Assembly: GCA_030647415.1 (NCBI GenBank)
Contig: JAUSKB010000026.1
Location: forward strand, 10,894-74,893
Source of the DNA: a bacterium
GTDB lineage: Bacteria; Patescibacteriota; Minisyncoccia; UBA6257; GWB1-50-10
Reading direction: 5' to 3'
DNA: 64,000 bases
Position 1 is the first letter of the stretch; every line of letters starts with the position of its first letter. The position numbers were made by a program, and so were the translations under genes. Positions 8,651 through 17,495 of this stretch are shown here, in pieces. Below the pieces are notes generated by a model. It searched no databases. It was not told where the DNA came from and was given only the letters and a program-made list of their open reading frames with translations.

Positions 8651-8917
8651 ATGTGCACACGACGTATGAACGGCAACACCGGCTGCTACATGCACCTCTC
8701 GAAAATCCGCATCTATCCTCCCTGCACGGCCCACCAGATGCCACTGGTCCCGCCCGTCCACTCGCAAGCCGAACTTCGAGAGCAAATCGCCGAAGGGCGC
8801 CGCCGTGCCGAGGAACAGACCGCACGTCTCCGCAAGAAAGGCATCCTGCCACACGCCAGCCCACCAGTTCATCAAAAGGTTTCGGAGCTTCCTTCTATAA
8901 AAGCTCTCCATACCTGA
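8651..8917 (+). CDS. Hypothetical small protein (88 aa) with a Cys-rich N-terminus.
   Basis: RBS aggaga 8 nt upstream. Preceded by leader motif copy 1. Confidence 0.45.
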   Translation: MCTRRMNGNTGCYMHLSKIRIYPPCTAHQMPLVPPVHSQAELREQIAEGRRRAEEQTARLRKKGILPHASPPVHQKVSELPSIKALHT

Positions 8918-8982
8918 GGCCACGAGAAACGCTCGTAGCTTCAGCAATGGAAAATTCATAACTTAATATGGGAGGAATTAGT

Positions 8983-9405
8983 ATGGGAACAATCATTCAT
9001 CCTTGCGAAGTACCCGGATGCCCAATCAAAGGCGAGGCTTCAAAGATGTTCAATCTGAAAAAGCTGCCGGGAAAGCCGCTCGTCGTCGTCTGCGCGAAGC
9101 ATGCACGGATGGCGCGGAAAGAGGGTGTAAAGGCATACAACCTTCAGAGCACCTTCGAGTACGAGGCGGAACGGGTCAAGGAGCGAGAGGGGGCCGCGGC
9201 GTTCATTCGGGCGCACAGCCGGACGAACGGCCGCGGGTACGGAATGCGGGAGCTGGCGAAAATCAACGGAAACGGCAACAAACAACGAAAGGAAGTGCGC
9301 GATGAGAAAGTTCCCATTACGAATCCCCCTCTCCAAGAAACCGGGGAGGGCGCAGGGAATGAAGCGGGGAGCGAAGGGGTACGACCGCACGCGCTCGCGG
9401 CGTGA
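8983..9405 (+). CDS. Hypothetical protein with a putative zinc ribbon (CEVPGC...C..H).
   Basis: RBS gggagg then ATG at 8983. The upstream in-frame ATG at 8968 lacks an RBS. Confidence 0.5.
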   Translation: MGTIIHPCEVPGCPIKGEASKMFNLKKLPGKPLVVVCAKHARMARKEGVKAYNLQSTFEYEAERVKEREGAAAFIRAHSRTNGRGYGMRELAKINGNGNKQRKEVRDEKVPITNPPLQETGEGAGNEAGSEGVRPHALAA

Positions 9406-9437
9406 GGTTCGAAAAGAAGTGCGGGGCGATGGCTAGC

Positions 9438-9500
9438 ATTGCCCCTACACTCGAGGTCATCACGGAGACGCCGTGGTGGGCTCGACGGTAGAAAATAGAA
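9438..9500 (+). promoter_or_regulatory. Structured leader motif, copy 2.
   Basis: gcccctacactcgaggtcatcacggagacgccgtggtgggctcgacggtagaaaat. Followed by RBS aaggag and the ATG at 9522. Confidence 0.5.
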
Positions 9501-9521
9501 CTTTTATAAAAGGAGTTTCAT

Positions 9522-10004
9522 ATGCGACAGAAACAGAAGGAGTACTTACGTACACTCGGATTTCCAACGAGCGGCGGAAAGGATGAGCTCATCGACCCCG
9601 CGGATGGCACCATCAATGCAGATGTCGTCGCAAAACGCATCTTCAAGTTCGCGCGCGGCAAGCGGATTATGGTCGCGTTCCACGAAGAGGCAAGCGGACC
9701 ACTCACGGTGATCGAGGGAAGGCTAGACTGTATCGCAAACATCTTCGGGAGTCATCTGGAGCTTACACAGGTGAAGCTGCTCCAGGGAGATATAGCAACA
9801 CTCGACCGTATACACTACCAGCGGGCGGGGGAACGCCAAAAATTCCTCTTCTGCTGCGCCGACTTCGCGAGGAGACATGACCCATCGAAGGATGATTTGC
9901 TTGTGGTGGACATCTCAACCATCTCGCACATCAACATGGACGGCGAGCGTATATACGCGTGCGTCCCGGTTGGTGACAGGTGCGTGCTCCGATTCGGGAG
10001 GTAG
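9522..10004 (+). CDS. Hypothetical protein (160 aa).
   Basis: RBS aaggag. Preceded by leader motif copy 2. Confidence 0.5.
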   Translation: MRQKQKEYLRTLGFPTSGGKDELIDPADGTINADVVAKRIFKFARGKRIMVAFHEEASGPLTVIEGRLDCIANIFGSHLELTQVKLLQGDIATLDRIHYQRAGERQKFLFCCADFARRHDPSKDDLLVVDISTISHINMDGERIYACVPVGDRCVLRFGR

Positions 10005-10030
10005 GTACCTGGAGCAATCGCGAACAGCGC

Positions 10031-10095
10031 GATTGCTCCTACACTCGAGGTCATCACGGAGACGCCGTGGTGGGCTCGATGGTAGAAAATGAACC
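10031..10095 (+). promoter_or_regulatory. Structured leader motif, copy 3.
   Basis: gctcctacactcgaggtcatcacggagacgccgtggtgggctcgatggtagaaaat. Followed by RBS gaggag and the ATG at 10120. Confidence 0.5.
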
Positions 10096-10119
10096 TTACA
10101 AATAAAAACAGAGGAGCAT

Positions 10120-10728
10120 ATGGCGTCGTGTGATCGATGTAAACGGACGTATGAGGATATTTACGAGGGTTGTACCGGAAATCAGGGATGGGGATGTGCA
10201 GCGTCTGCTGTAAAGCGGGACGGGAACATCTACGTCAGCGCTGGGTACGGATCAAAGTTCGACCTTTGCCTAATCAAAGTGGTCGGAGAAGAGGGAGTGG
10301 GAGTTTCAGTTGGCATGGAGATCTGCGACGCGTGCATCGAGAAGTTTATCAAGGAGGGGGTGGCAATCCACGACCATGCGTTCTGTGATCGCGTCCTCGA
10401 GGAACGTTGGCGAGCAGGCGAGCACAGCCCCACAGAGGAGATTGACCCGTTCACGGCAGCATGTGGAGGCATCACGAACGTCACTCCAATCGTCTGCCCG
10501 ACGTGCGGCAAAGACGGGGTGTGGCGGGACTGCAGGTTCTGCTGGTGCTGCGGAGCGCCGAACGTGTGGTTCGACGAGGGGGAATTTCCGGAGTCACCGG
10601 AGGCGCGGGCAGACTGCAAAGCTGGGCACCCGTGCATCAAAGAGGATGCCGCGGATGATCCCGAGGTCAGGCGTATGTACGCAGAGCGTCCGTTCTGCCT
10701 CGACTGCGGGAAGAGAATTTTCGAATAG
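10120..10728 (+). CDS. Cys-rich hypothetical protein (202 aa) with multiple CxxC pairs (zinc-ribbon-like).
   Basis: CDRC, CDAC, CPTCG, CRFCWCCG and CLDCG pairs are read from the translation. RBS and leader copy 3 lie upstream. Confidence 0.55.
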   Translation: MASCDRCKRTYEDIYEGCTGNQGWGCAASAVKRDGNIYVSAGYGSKFDLCLIKVVGEEGVGVSVGMEICDACIEKFIKEGVAIHDHAFCDRVLEERWRAGEHSPTEEIDPFTAACGGITNVTPIVCPTCGKDGVWRDCRFCWCCGAPNVWFDEGEFPESPEARADCKAGHPCIKEDAADDPEVRRMYAERPFCLDCGKRIFE

Positions 10729-10730
10729 CA

Positions 10731-10762
10731 AACCCCCGACCATCGGTCGGGGGTTACTCTGT
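10731..10762. terminator. Bidirectional terminator hairpin cccccgacc-atc-ggtcggggg between convergent genes.
   Basis: Perfect 9-bp GC stem. It overlaps the stop of the minus-strand ORF 10754..11065. Confidence 0.6.
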
Positions 10763-11065
10763 TCGAGCGTCCATTCGTGCGGCGCGAGCTGCCCTTGGTG
10801 AGAAGAATTCGCCAGTGAACTCCTTCGCACCCGCGCGCTTGAACGCGCGCGATTGCCACAAAATCTGCACAGATAATGATTCCCCGCGGAGTTCCGTGAG
10901 TTCATTCTCAAAACATTCAGCGCCGTACGACCTACCCCGGCGCGGCTTCGTAAGAACGAGAAAGCGCCGTTTCCCCGCTGGATCGCGATGTCGCTCTCCG
11001 AACTCCGCCCCGCGTTTTCTACCAAACGCCATTGTGCGCACCTGCGCCTCCGTCATTTTTTTCAT
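10754..11065 (-). CDS. Hypothetical basic protein (103 aa).
   Basis: Strong RBS (aaggagg) 4 nt before the ATG on the minus strand. Arg/Lys-rich. Confidence 0.5.
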   Translation of the reverse strand: MKKMTEAQVRTMAFGRKRGAEFGERHRDPAGKRRFLVLTKPRRGRSYGAECFENELTELRGESLSVQILWQSRAFKRAGAKEFTGEFFSPRAARAARMDARTE

Positions 11066-11132
11066 ACAACCTCCTTAATATTCTGCATATGGTTGTAGCA
11101 CCAAACGACTCTGGTGGCAAGTACTACCGTTT

Positions 11133-14100
11133 CTATTTTGCGAGCCACAGACGGACCGGCATACCATCGAGCGTTGTTGCCGCCTCCGCGTCGAAGCGCC
11201 TCGGGACGCCGAACGTGAGCGCGGACGCCCGGACCTCGCGGCACACCAGCTTGGTGTCACGTGTAAGGATGAACCGGAGCTCCTCCGGCACCTCGACCGC
11301 GAGCGCGATCGGGTCCCGCGGCGAGAGCTTCGCGTCCTGCCGGAGCTCCTGAACCGCGCGGACGAACTCGCGGCGCCACCCCTCCTCTTTGAGTTCGTGC
11401 GTGATGACGGTGTCGAGCACCACCGGCTCCGAGATATTCGGATCAAAGACAATCTCCTTCACATTGACCTCATCCTTGAGGAGTTCGAGAAGTTCTGCTT
11501 TCCCCTGCAGTGTCCGGCCTTTCGCCGTTAGGCGAGATAATACCTGCCGGACCTTTATACCCGCCGTGGAACGAGCGGCGAGCCCCGCGCTCGCGAGCCG
11601 CCGCACCTCCGCCATGTCGGTGATGAGCTGTTTGTTGTCCCTCGGCTTCGCTCGGGCCGTTCGAGGCTCTGAGGAGCCCTCAGGCTCTCGAAGAGATGGT
11701 GAGCTTGTCGAACCATTTGTTGTTTGTCGTTTGTTTGCTGTCGGCCAGTCGGCAAGGTGCACCGAACGGTCAGCCTTCCCGGACACGAGCGATCGGTAGA
11801 GCGCCTCGGCGAAGAATGGGGTGAAGGGGGCGAGGAGCCGCGCAGTCGTCACGAGCGCGTACCCGAGGACCGCGGACGCTTCCTGGTGGTCAAGATCAGA
11901 GTCGGGATGCTGGAGCCGGCGGCGTGAACGCCGTATGAACCACCGTGAGAGGTCGCCCACGAACTCACCTACGACCCGCGCGGCGCCGCCGGGGTCGTAC
12001 GCCTCGAGCGCTCCGGTCGCCGCGGCAATCGTCTCGTCGAGCCGCGCGAGCACCCACCGGTCGAGCACATGTGTCGCTTTTGGTTGCTTGTTTGTTGTCC
12101 CTCGCTTCTGCTCGGGATGAACCATTTGTTTGTTTGTTTGTTGTCGGTTATTCCCATACGTCGCGAAGAACACAAACGAGTTGTAGAGGATACCGAACAG
12201 CTCCCGGCTCGCCGTCGCGAGGTCCCGTTCGTCGAACCGCTTCGGCTCCCCCGGCGGGTTCACGATAAAGAAGTACCAGCGGATGGCGTCCATACCGTGG
12301 GCATCGGCCGCGACCCAGGGGTCCACGGTGTTCCCCTTCGACTTCGACATCTTCTGCCCGTTCTTGTCGAGCACGTGACCCATCGAGATGACGTTCTTGA
12401 ATGGGGCCTTCTTGCCGAGGAGGGTCGCGACGGCGAGGAGGGTGTAGAACCAGCCCCGCGTCTGGTCTATGGCCTCCGAGATGTAATCCGCCGGGTAGGG
12501 TAGTTTCTGTATACTCGTCTCTTGTCTCTTGTCTCTGACCCGTTGTTGGTTGTCAGTCGTAGGTTGTCGGTTACCAAACGGGTAGTGCGCCTGCGCAAAC
12601 GGCATCGCACCGGAGTCGAACCAGACGTCTACTACGTCCGGGATGCGATGCATTGTCCCGTCCCGCTTGGCGGGATCTCGCGAAGCTCGACACTTCGCGC
12701 AGGGGTAGGTCACCTCGTCGATGTACGGTCGGTGAAGGTCGAGTTCTCCAAATCGGTTCCGCGGAAGCGGGATGGGTTCCACCTCACGCGCCTTGCCTTT
12801 CATCGGGTACGAGCCGGAGTCTGCAGCTTCCTGAGCCTCCGTATTCGTCCATCCATGCATCGCCGCCTCAAGCATCCAAAGTGGGTCGCCATGACTTACC
12901 ACCACGATGGTCTTGTTCTGGTGCATTCTATCCACTTCCGTAATGAAATCGTACATCCGGCGGCGGACGTCATTGCGCGACTCCCCGCCCTCCGGCGCCA
13001 CCGCGAATCCATCGGGGGCATTCTTACAAAGGAGGACGTGTTCATCCGCAGACCTGCCGTTCAGAATGCCACAACGAAGTTCCTGCAATCGCTCATCGGT
13101 TATAACCTTCGTAATCCCCGCCGCTGTAGCGATGAGCGTTGCAGTCTCTTGGGTGCGCTGTAGGGGCGAGGCGTAGACAGCATCGACACCCTCTTTCGCC
13201 AGCTTCAGAGCGGTTGCCTCTACATCGGACCGGCCTTTCAGGGTCAAATGGTAGCCTTTCTGTATCGGCAAGCAATCCAATAGTCGTTCAAGGTTGCTCT
13301 CCGCCTCGCCGTGCCGCACGAGGATATACCGGTTCGTTGATTTCGGAAGCTTCGCCGAAACCTCCGCGATGCTTCCCAACACCTCCGTGTGCGCGCACTG
13401 CTCGCACCGCCAGACCGGGAGCGGCGTCCCCCAGTACCGCGCGCGGGAAATTGCCCAGTCCTTCACCTCGCGGAGCCACTCGCCGAACCGGCCGTCCTTT
13501 AGATGCGCCGGCACCCAGTTGATTGTCTGGTTCGCCGCAATGAGCTTCTCGCGGAGCGAACTCATCCGGATGAACCAGGAGGTGCGGGCGTAGTAGATGA
13601 GCGGCGTCGAACAGCGCCAGCAGAACGGGTACTCGTGCGCGATGGTCTCGCGCTTCAGGAGCGAGCCCTGCTTTTCGAGCGCGGCGATGATTGCCTCCGT
13701 CGTCTCCTTTTCAATAACGGGGTCCTTGTGTTTCACCGTCCGTCCCGCGAACTCCGCCACATCCTTCGTGAACCGGGCCTGCTCGTCCACCGTATGGTGC
13801 TGGGGGAGCCCCACCTTCACGCCGAGCTGGTAGTCATCCTCGCCATACATAACCGCGGTGTGGACCACGCCCGTGCCGTCCGTCGTCGTCACGAACCCCG
13901 CCGGATAGACCTGGTACGCCGCCTCTGTCTGGAGCGGCTTCACATCGAAGAGCGGGTGATATCGCAAACCTTCAAGATAACTTCCTATAAAAGTCGAAAG
14001 CACTTTGTGGTAGGGGTTATCCTTGAACTTATGCTGAACCAGATTCGGATTAGCGCTTGGAACTCCGGGCATAGTCCATCGTTCATGAATCTCTTGAGCT

Positions 14101-14897
14101 AATATGACTTTCTCCTTCCCATTCTCGTGTTCGGCGATTACGTACTCAACAGCAGGTTTGACTGCGAGCGCTACGTTCCCCGGGAGTGTCCAGGGCGTCG
14201 TGGTCCACGAGAGGATGTAGGTCCGGTCGTCAGTTGTGAAGTTCCCGATTTTCTGGCCCTTTTCCAGTTTGAATTTCACATACACCGACTCATCATTCAC
14301 CTCCTTATATCCCTGCGCGAGCTCATGGGTGGAAAGCACCGTGCCGCACCGCGGGCACCACGGGACTACCTTGCGGCCCTCGAAGAGGAGCTTCTTGCGG
14401 TGAATCTCCTTCAGGATCCACCAGAGCGACTCCATGTATGTCGCGTCGTAGGTGACGTACGGGTGTTCCATGTCGAGCCAGAAACCCATCCGCTCGGTGA
14501 GCCGCTCCCACTCGTCCTTGTACTTCCACACCGAGGTGCGGCACGCCTCATTGAACTTCTCCACGCCGTACGTCTCGATGTCCCGCTTGGACTTCAAACC
14601 AAGCTGCTTCTCCACCTCGAGCTCCACGGGGAGACCGTGCGTGTCCCACCCGCCCTTCCGGGGCACGCGGAACCCCCGCATCGTCTTGTACCGGCAAATG
14701 ACGTCCTTGAAGGAGCGTGCGATGACATGGTGGATGCCGGGCCGGGCATTCGCGGTCGGTGGTCCCTCGTAGAACACGAAGGTCTTCTTCGCCGGGCGCT
14801 GGGCGATGGATTTCTGGAAAATCCCGTTCAGTTTCCAAAACTTGAGGACCTCCTCCTCGATCTTCGGGAGTGAGAACGACTCGAGATGCTTCAGCAT
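11133..14897 (-). CDS. ileS: Isoleucyl-tRNA synthetase carrying an embedded histidine-phosphatase (PGAM-like) domain and three low-complexity Q/T/N-rich insertions.
   Basis: The N-terminus MLKHLESFSLPKIEEEVLKFW and the KMSKS motif are collinear with IleRS. Residues ~555-745 (nt ~12776-13346) carry the RHG motif (YILVRHGEAESN) and a second His motif (VVVSHGDPLWML). The likely start is M38 of the track ORF (TTG/ATG, ~14897); the ORF extends to 15008. Confidence 0.88.
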   Translation of the reverse strand: MLKHLESFSLPKIEEEVLKFWKLNGIFQKSIAQRPAKKTFVFYEGPPTANARPGIHHVIARSFKDVICRYKTMRGFRVPRKGGWDTHGLPVELEVEKQLGLKSKRDIETYGVEKFNEACRTSVWKYKDEWERLTERMGFWLDMEHPYVTYDATYMESLWWILKEIHRKKLLFEGRKVVPWCPRCGTVLSTHELAQGYKEVNDESVYVKFKLEKGQKIGNFTTDDRTYILSWTTTPWTLPGNVALAVKPAVEYVIAEHENGKEKVILAQEIHERWTMPGVPSANPNLVQHKFKDNPYHKVLSTFIGSYLEGLRYHPLFDVKPLQTEAAYQVYPAGFVTTTDGTGVVHTAVMYGEDDYQLGVKVGLPQHHTVDEQARFTKDVAEFAGRTVKHKDPVIEKETTEAIIAALEKQGSLLKRETIAHEYPFCWRCSTPLIYYARTSWFIRMSSLREKLIAANQTINWVPAHLKDGRFGEWLREVKDWAISRARYWGTPLPVWRCEQCAHTEVLGSIAEVSAKLPKSTNRYILVRHGEAESNLERLLDCLPIQKGYHLTLKGRSDVEATALKLAKEGVDAVYASPLQRTQETATLIATAAGITKVITDERLQELRCGILNGRSADEHVLLCKNAPDGFAVAPEGGESRNDVRRRMYDFITEVDRMHQNKTIVVVSHGDPLWMLEAAMHGWTNTEAQEAADSGSYPMKGKAREVEPIPLPRNRFGELDLHRPYIDEVTYPCAKCRASRDPAKRDGTMHRIPDVVDVWFDSGAMPFAQAHYPFGNRQPTTDNQQRVRDKRQETSIQKLPYPADYISEAIDQTRGWFYTLLAVATLLGKKAPFKNVISMGHVLDKNGQKMSKSKGNTVDPWVAADAHGMDAIRWYFFIVNPPGEPKRFDERDLATASRELFGILYNSFVFFATYGNNRQQTNKQMVHPEQKRGTTNKQPKATHVLDRWVLARLDETIAAATGALEAYDPGGAARVVGEFVGDLSRWFIRRSRRRLQHPDSDLDHQEASAVLGYALVTTARLLAPFTPFFAEALYRSLVSGKADRSVHLADWPTANKRQTTNGSTSSPSLREPEGSSEPRTARAKPRDNKQLITDMAEVRRLASAGLAARSTAGIKVRQVLSRLTAKGRTLQGKAELLELLKDEVNVKEIVFDPNISEPVVLDTVITHELKEEGWRREFVRAVQELRQDAKLSPRDPIALAVEVPEELRFILTRDTKLVCREVRASALTFGVPRRFDAEAATTLDGMPVRLWLAK

Positions 14898-15029
14898 GAT
14901 GTATAGATATTCTACCGAAAGAATGTACCGAGAGCCACTGTGGCGGGCTAGCGCTTGACGCGCGATATAAAAAGTTGTAATAAGAGTACAGACGGATTTT
15001 CCCAACAAACCACAATATAAGGAGGGCGT

Positions 15030-15398
15030 ATGAGTAGACGAATGTGCTATAGCGTACTTCTGGGAGCTCTTGGAATCACGCTAGCCATCTCGCTTGCGGG
15101 GTGCGAACGGTGGAAAACATTCCGATTCTCATTCAGTAATCGGACGGTGAGTGCCATCGTCGCGAAAATTGACGGTGAGCGGCTCGGCGAGGTTGGGGCG
15201 GGCGAGACACGGCAGTTCGAGCACGAAATCAGAGTGCTTGAGTCATCGCCGACAGGGTACGGGCAAACGGACGAAGCGGAGGTGACGGCTTCCGCAGAAA
15301 ATCTGCGGACAGGGAAAGTGACGCGAGAGATGCGCCGACGCGTGTACCGCGACCGGGTGAACCACTTTGATATCAACACCTGGGACTTCTCGCCATAA
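15030..15398 (+). CDS. Putative lipoprotein (lipobox LAGC).
   Basis: RBS aaggagg. Signal peptide with LAGC lipobox. Confidence 0.6.
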   Translation: MSRRMCYSVLLGALGITLAISLAGCERWKTFRFSFSNRTVSAIVAKIDGERLGEVGAGETRQFEHEIRVLESSPTGYGQTDEAEVTASAENLRTGKVTREMRRRVYRDRVNHFDINTWDFSP

Positions 15399-15400
15399 AA

Positions 15401-15440
15401 TGAAAACGGCGCCGCTCATGCGGCGCCGAAACTGTTTCTT
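15401..15440. terminator. Bidirectional terminator hairpin ggcgccgc-tcat-gcggcgcc between convergent genes.
   Basis: Perfect 8-bp GC stem with A/T runs on both sides. Confidence 0.6.
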
Positions 15441-15867
15441 ATCCGGCTTTGGGGCCTCGGAAAACCCACCAACAAAGGATTGCGCCATAAAAGATTTCCA
15501 TGCAGGAATCTTTCCTTGAACCGGGCGCCTGCTGGGCATGCTGGGCAAGTGGAACGAGCAGGTCTCCATCCCGCTCGAACACGCTGTCCTTGATCGTATC
15601 CGTTCCCAACTCATTGAAGCTACGCAGAGCCTCCATGAATGTTGCTACGTTGATTGTGTTGGCTCCTAACTCGAGCTGTTCCCGGAAGAATGAGTACAAT
15701 ATGACAAAACCGTTCCTCCAAGGATTCGATTGGTCTTTGATACACGCGGTGATGGTGGGCTGTTCCGACATGAACCGCCTCACTCGGTTAGTGAGCTTCT
15801 CTCCGTCGGCAGAGGCATTCAAAAATACAGCGAACAACTCTCCCAACGCGTGTTTTGCCTTCTCCAT
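15439..15867 (-). CDS. Hypothetical protein (142 aa).
   Basis: RBS aggag upstream on the minus strand. Confidence 0.5.
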   Translation of the reverse strand: MEKAKHALGELFAVFLNASADGEKLTNRVRRFMSEQPTITACIKDQSNPWRNGFVILYSFFREQLELGANTINVATFMEALRSFNELGTDTIKDSVFERDGDLLVPLAQHAQQAPGSRKDSCMEIFYGAILCWWVFRGPKAG

Positions 15868-15978
15868 TCAACATCTCCTTGTGAAAAAGTGGATACGGGT
15901 GAATTATTTTCTCCGAACATCATAAGTCTTAAATATTAGATTTGTCAATAGCAGACTTCCGGCCGCAAAAACAAAATA

Positions 15979-16014
15979 GCCCGCCGCTCGCTACTACTCG
16001 CCACCCAGCAAAAA
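15979..16014. repeat. Direct repeat copy 1 (aaaatagcccgccgctcgctactactcgccacccagcaaaaa), flanking an AT-rich cassette.
   Basis: A near-identical copy lies at 16661-16700. Together they bracket the membrane-protein gene 16064..16546. Confidence 0.6.
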
Positions 16015-16063
16015 TGAGTTACTAAAATTGTAAGCCAACCCTAAAAAGATATATACTACTGTA

Positions 16064-16546
16064 ATGAAAAACTTACTTAAAGTTTCCTCGGCATTAGCAA
16101 TCGTGGCTGGTCTTGTGCTGGTCACGGGTAGTATTTGGGGCATTTATTTTACATACAGAAACATTGCTCAAGAGAAAATTGTAACTCCAGCTGATTCGTC
16201 CATCCCAGAAAAGCCGGTACGTGGACCTTTGACGCTTAAAGCGCAGGCTGACATTATCCGAGAGCATACGCTGAAAATGACTGGTGGAAAAACATATGCT
16301 GAAATGCCTCGACAAATTGTAAAACTAGAAGAAAACAACCAGCCGGTATTGGGCGATGACGGCAAACCCGTCATGGTGGCAAATACCGCGCGGGATATCT
16401 GGATCACGGCAACAACCCTAACCACAGCTCTTCATCTTGGCATCCTCACGTATGTATTTTCCGGCCTTATCCTATTGTTTGGCCTTATCTCTATCTGGAC
16501 GGGCATTGTGTTTTACACTTTGAGCCGAAGAGGAAACTTTGCATAA
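16064..16546 (+). CDS. Hypothetical membrane protein (160 aa) in an AT-rich segment.
   Basis: N-terminal TM helix and C-terminal hydrophobic stretch. Local GC is clearly lower than the flanks. Confidence 0.5.
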   Translation: MKNLLKVSSALAIVAGLVLVTGSIWGIYFTYRNIAQEKIVTPADSSIPEKPVRGPLTLKAQADIIREHTLKMTGGKTYAEMPRQIVKLEENNQPVLGDDGKPVMVANTARDIWITATTLTTALHLGILTYVFSGLILLFGLISIWTGIVFYTLSRRGNFA

Positions 16547-16660
16547 ATTTTCGACCGGAATTTTTGGCGGTGATCATTCTGGCATTGTTACAATATTTTC
16601 AAGTAATTTGAATTGGGTGTGGGGGAATTCCGCCATTCCTTTGCAAAAAATAGAGGCCAG

Positions 16661-16700
16661 TCCCGCCGCCGCTCGCTACCACTCGCCACCCAGCAAAAAA
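16661..16700. repeat. Direct repeat copy 2 (aaaatagaggccagtcccgccgccgctcgctaccactcgccacccagcaaaaaa), followed by a terminator hairpin.
   Basis: Matches copy 1 over ~35-45 nt. Followed by caccgc-agttcta-gcggtg plus TTTTT. Confidence 0.6.
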
Positions 16701-16752
16701 CACCGCAGTTCTACCGCGGTGTTTTTCTGTGACTCGTGGCGGAGGATTTCGC

Positions 16753-16992
16753 TTAAACCAATCGCTTATTTCTGAATGCAAAGCCGGAGCTGGATTTTAA
16801 ATATCGCTCAAAATCATAGGCCATCATCTTCTCCATGAAAGCTCCGTACCAGACAATTTGGTATGGGGCTTTTGCTCTCGTCGACTTCGTTTCTCCAGAA
16901 TTATGCTCCTTCAGCCTGCTTCTGAGGTCGGCAGTCACGCCTATGTAGTAGCTCTCGTCCACTTTGCTCCGCAAGATGTAAACGTACCACAT
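16753..16992 (-). CDS. GIY-YIG nuclease superfamily protein (UPF0213-like).
   Basis: MWYVYILRSKVDESYYIGVTADLRSRLKEHNSG is the canonical GIY-YIG motif. Start taken at the M just before YVYIL. Confidence 0.7.
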   Translation of the reverse strand: MWYVYILRSKVDESYYIGVTADLRSRLKEHNSGETKSTRAKAPYQIVWYGAFMEKMMAYDFERYLKSSSGFAFRNKRLV

Positions 16993-17131
16993 GGTTGAAT
17001 TATACTCCCCCACTTCGGTGAACCTACGCGGGGTCCACCACCCCACGTCGCTAAAGCTCTGCGGGGTCCACCACTTCGCATTTCGCAGTGCTACGCACCG
17101 CGAAGCCCCCTCCGGTAAGGAGGGGGCGAAG

Positions 17132-17461
17132 TGGTGGAGGCGGAGGGATTGAACCCTCTTCCAGGGAATTCACCGAAGGCACTCTACAAGCTTAGTTCTT
17201 GCGAACGAAGGTGCTCCGCTAGTTTAATCCCGTGAAGCGCGAAGCGGCCCCACAAGACGAGTCTCGAATATTACACCGGCTGATTCCTACGAGACATGAG
17301 AGGCCGATGCCGGCATTACGCGAATGCGAACGCCGGAACTGCAACCGTTCGGTTGGCAGATATAGTGTTTGACCGGTTGTATCCGCCAGAGGCGGACGGG
17401 CGAGACGATCAGCTCGGCCTGCAACCCTCAATGGATGTTCCTTGTCGATGCGTGCGCCCCC
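17132..17461 (-). ncRNA. ssrA: tmRNA (SsrA), ~330 nt. Predicted tag peptide ANRTVAVPAFAFA-stop.
   Basis: 5' GGGGGCG pairs with 3' CGCCUCC-ACCA including G3:U70. 3' end GGAAGAGGGUUCAAUCCCUCCGCCUCCACCA resembles E. coli GGACGCGGGUUCAACUCCCGCCAGCUCCACCA. The mRNA-like region reads GCC AAC CGA ACG GUU GCA GUU CCG GCG UUC GCA UUC GCG UAA, with resume codon ~nt 105. smpB lies immediately upstream. Confidence 0.8.
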
Positions 17462-17495
17462 ATATTGATATAACAAATAATCTACGACCGACAAC

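Noticed and set aside
10230-11025. Antisense or overlapping ORFs (10230..10859, 10310..10801, 10594..11025) around the Cys-rich gene.
   Set aside because: Low-complexity Arg/Ser-rich translations with no RBS. The sense gene has RBS, leader motif and terminator.
17132-17251. A 120-nt 'mini-tmRNA' starting at the internal GGGGCCGCUUCGCGCUUCACGGGAUU.
   Set aside because: The upstream GGGGGCG at 17461 pairs perfectly (with G3:U70) with the 3' CGCCUCC-ACCA and yields a normal ~330-nt tmRNA with a sensible tag ORF. The internal GGGGCC stretch is part of the tRNA-like and pseudoknot region.
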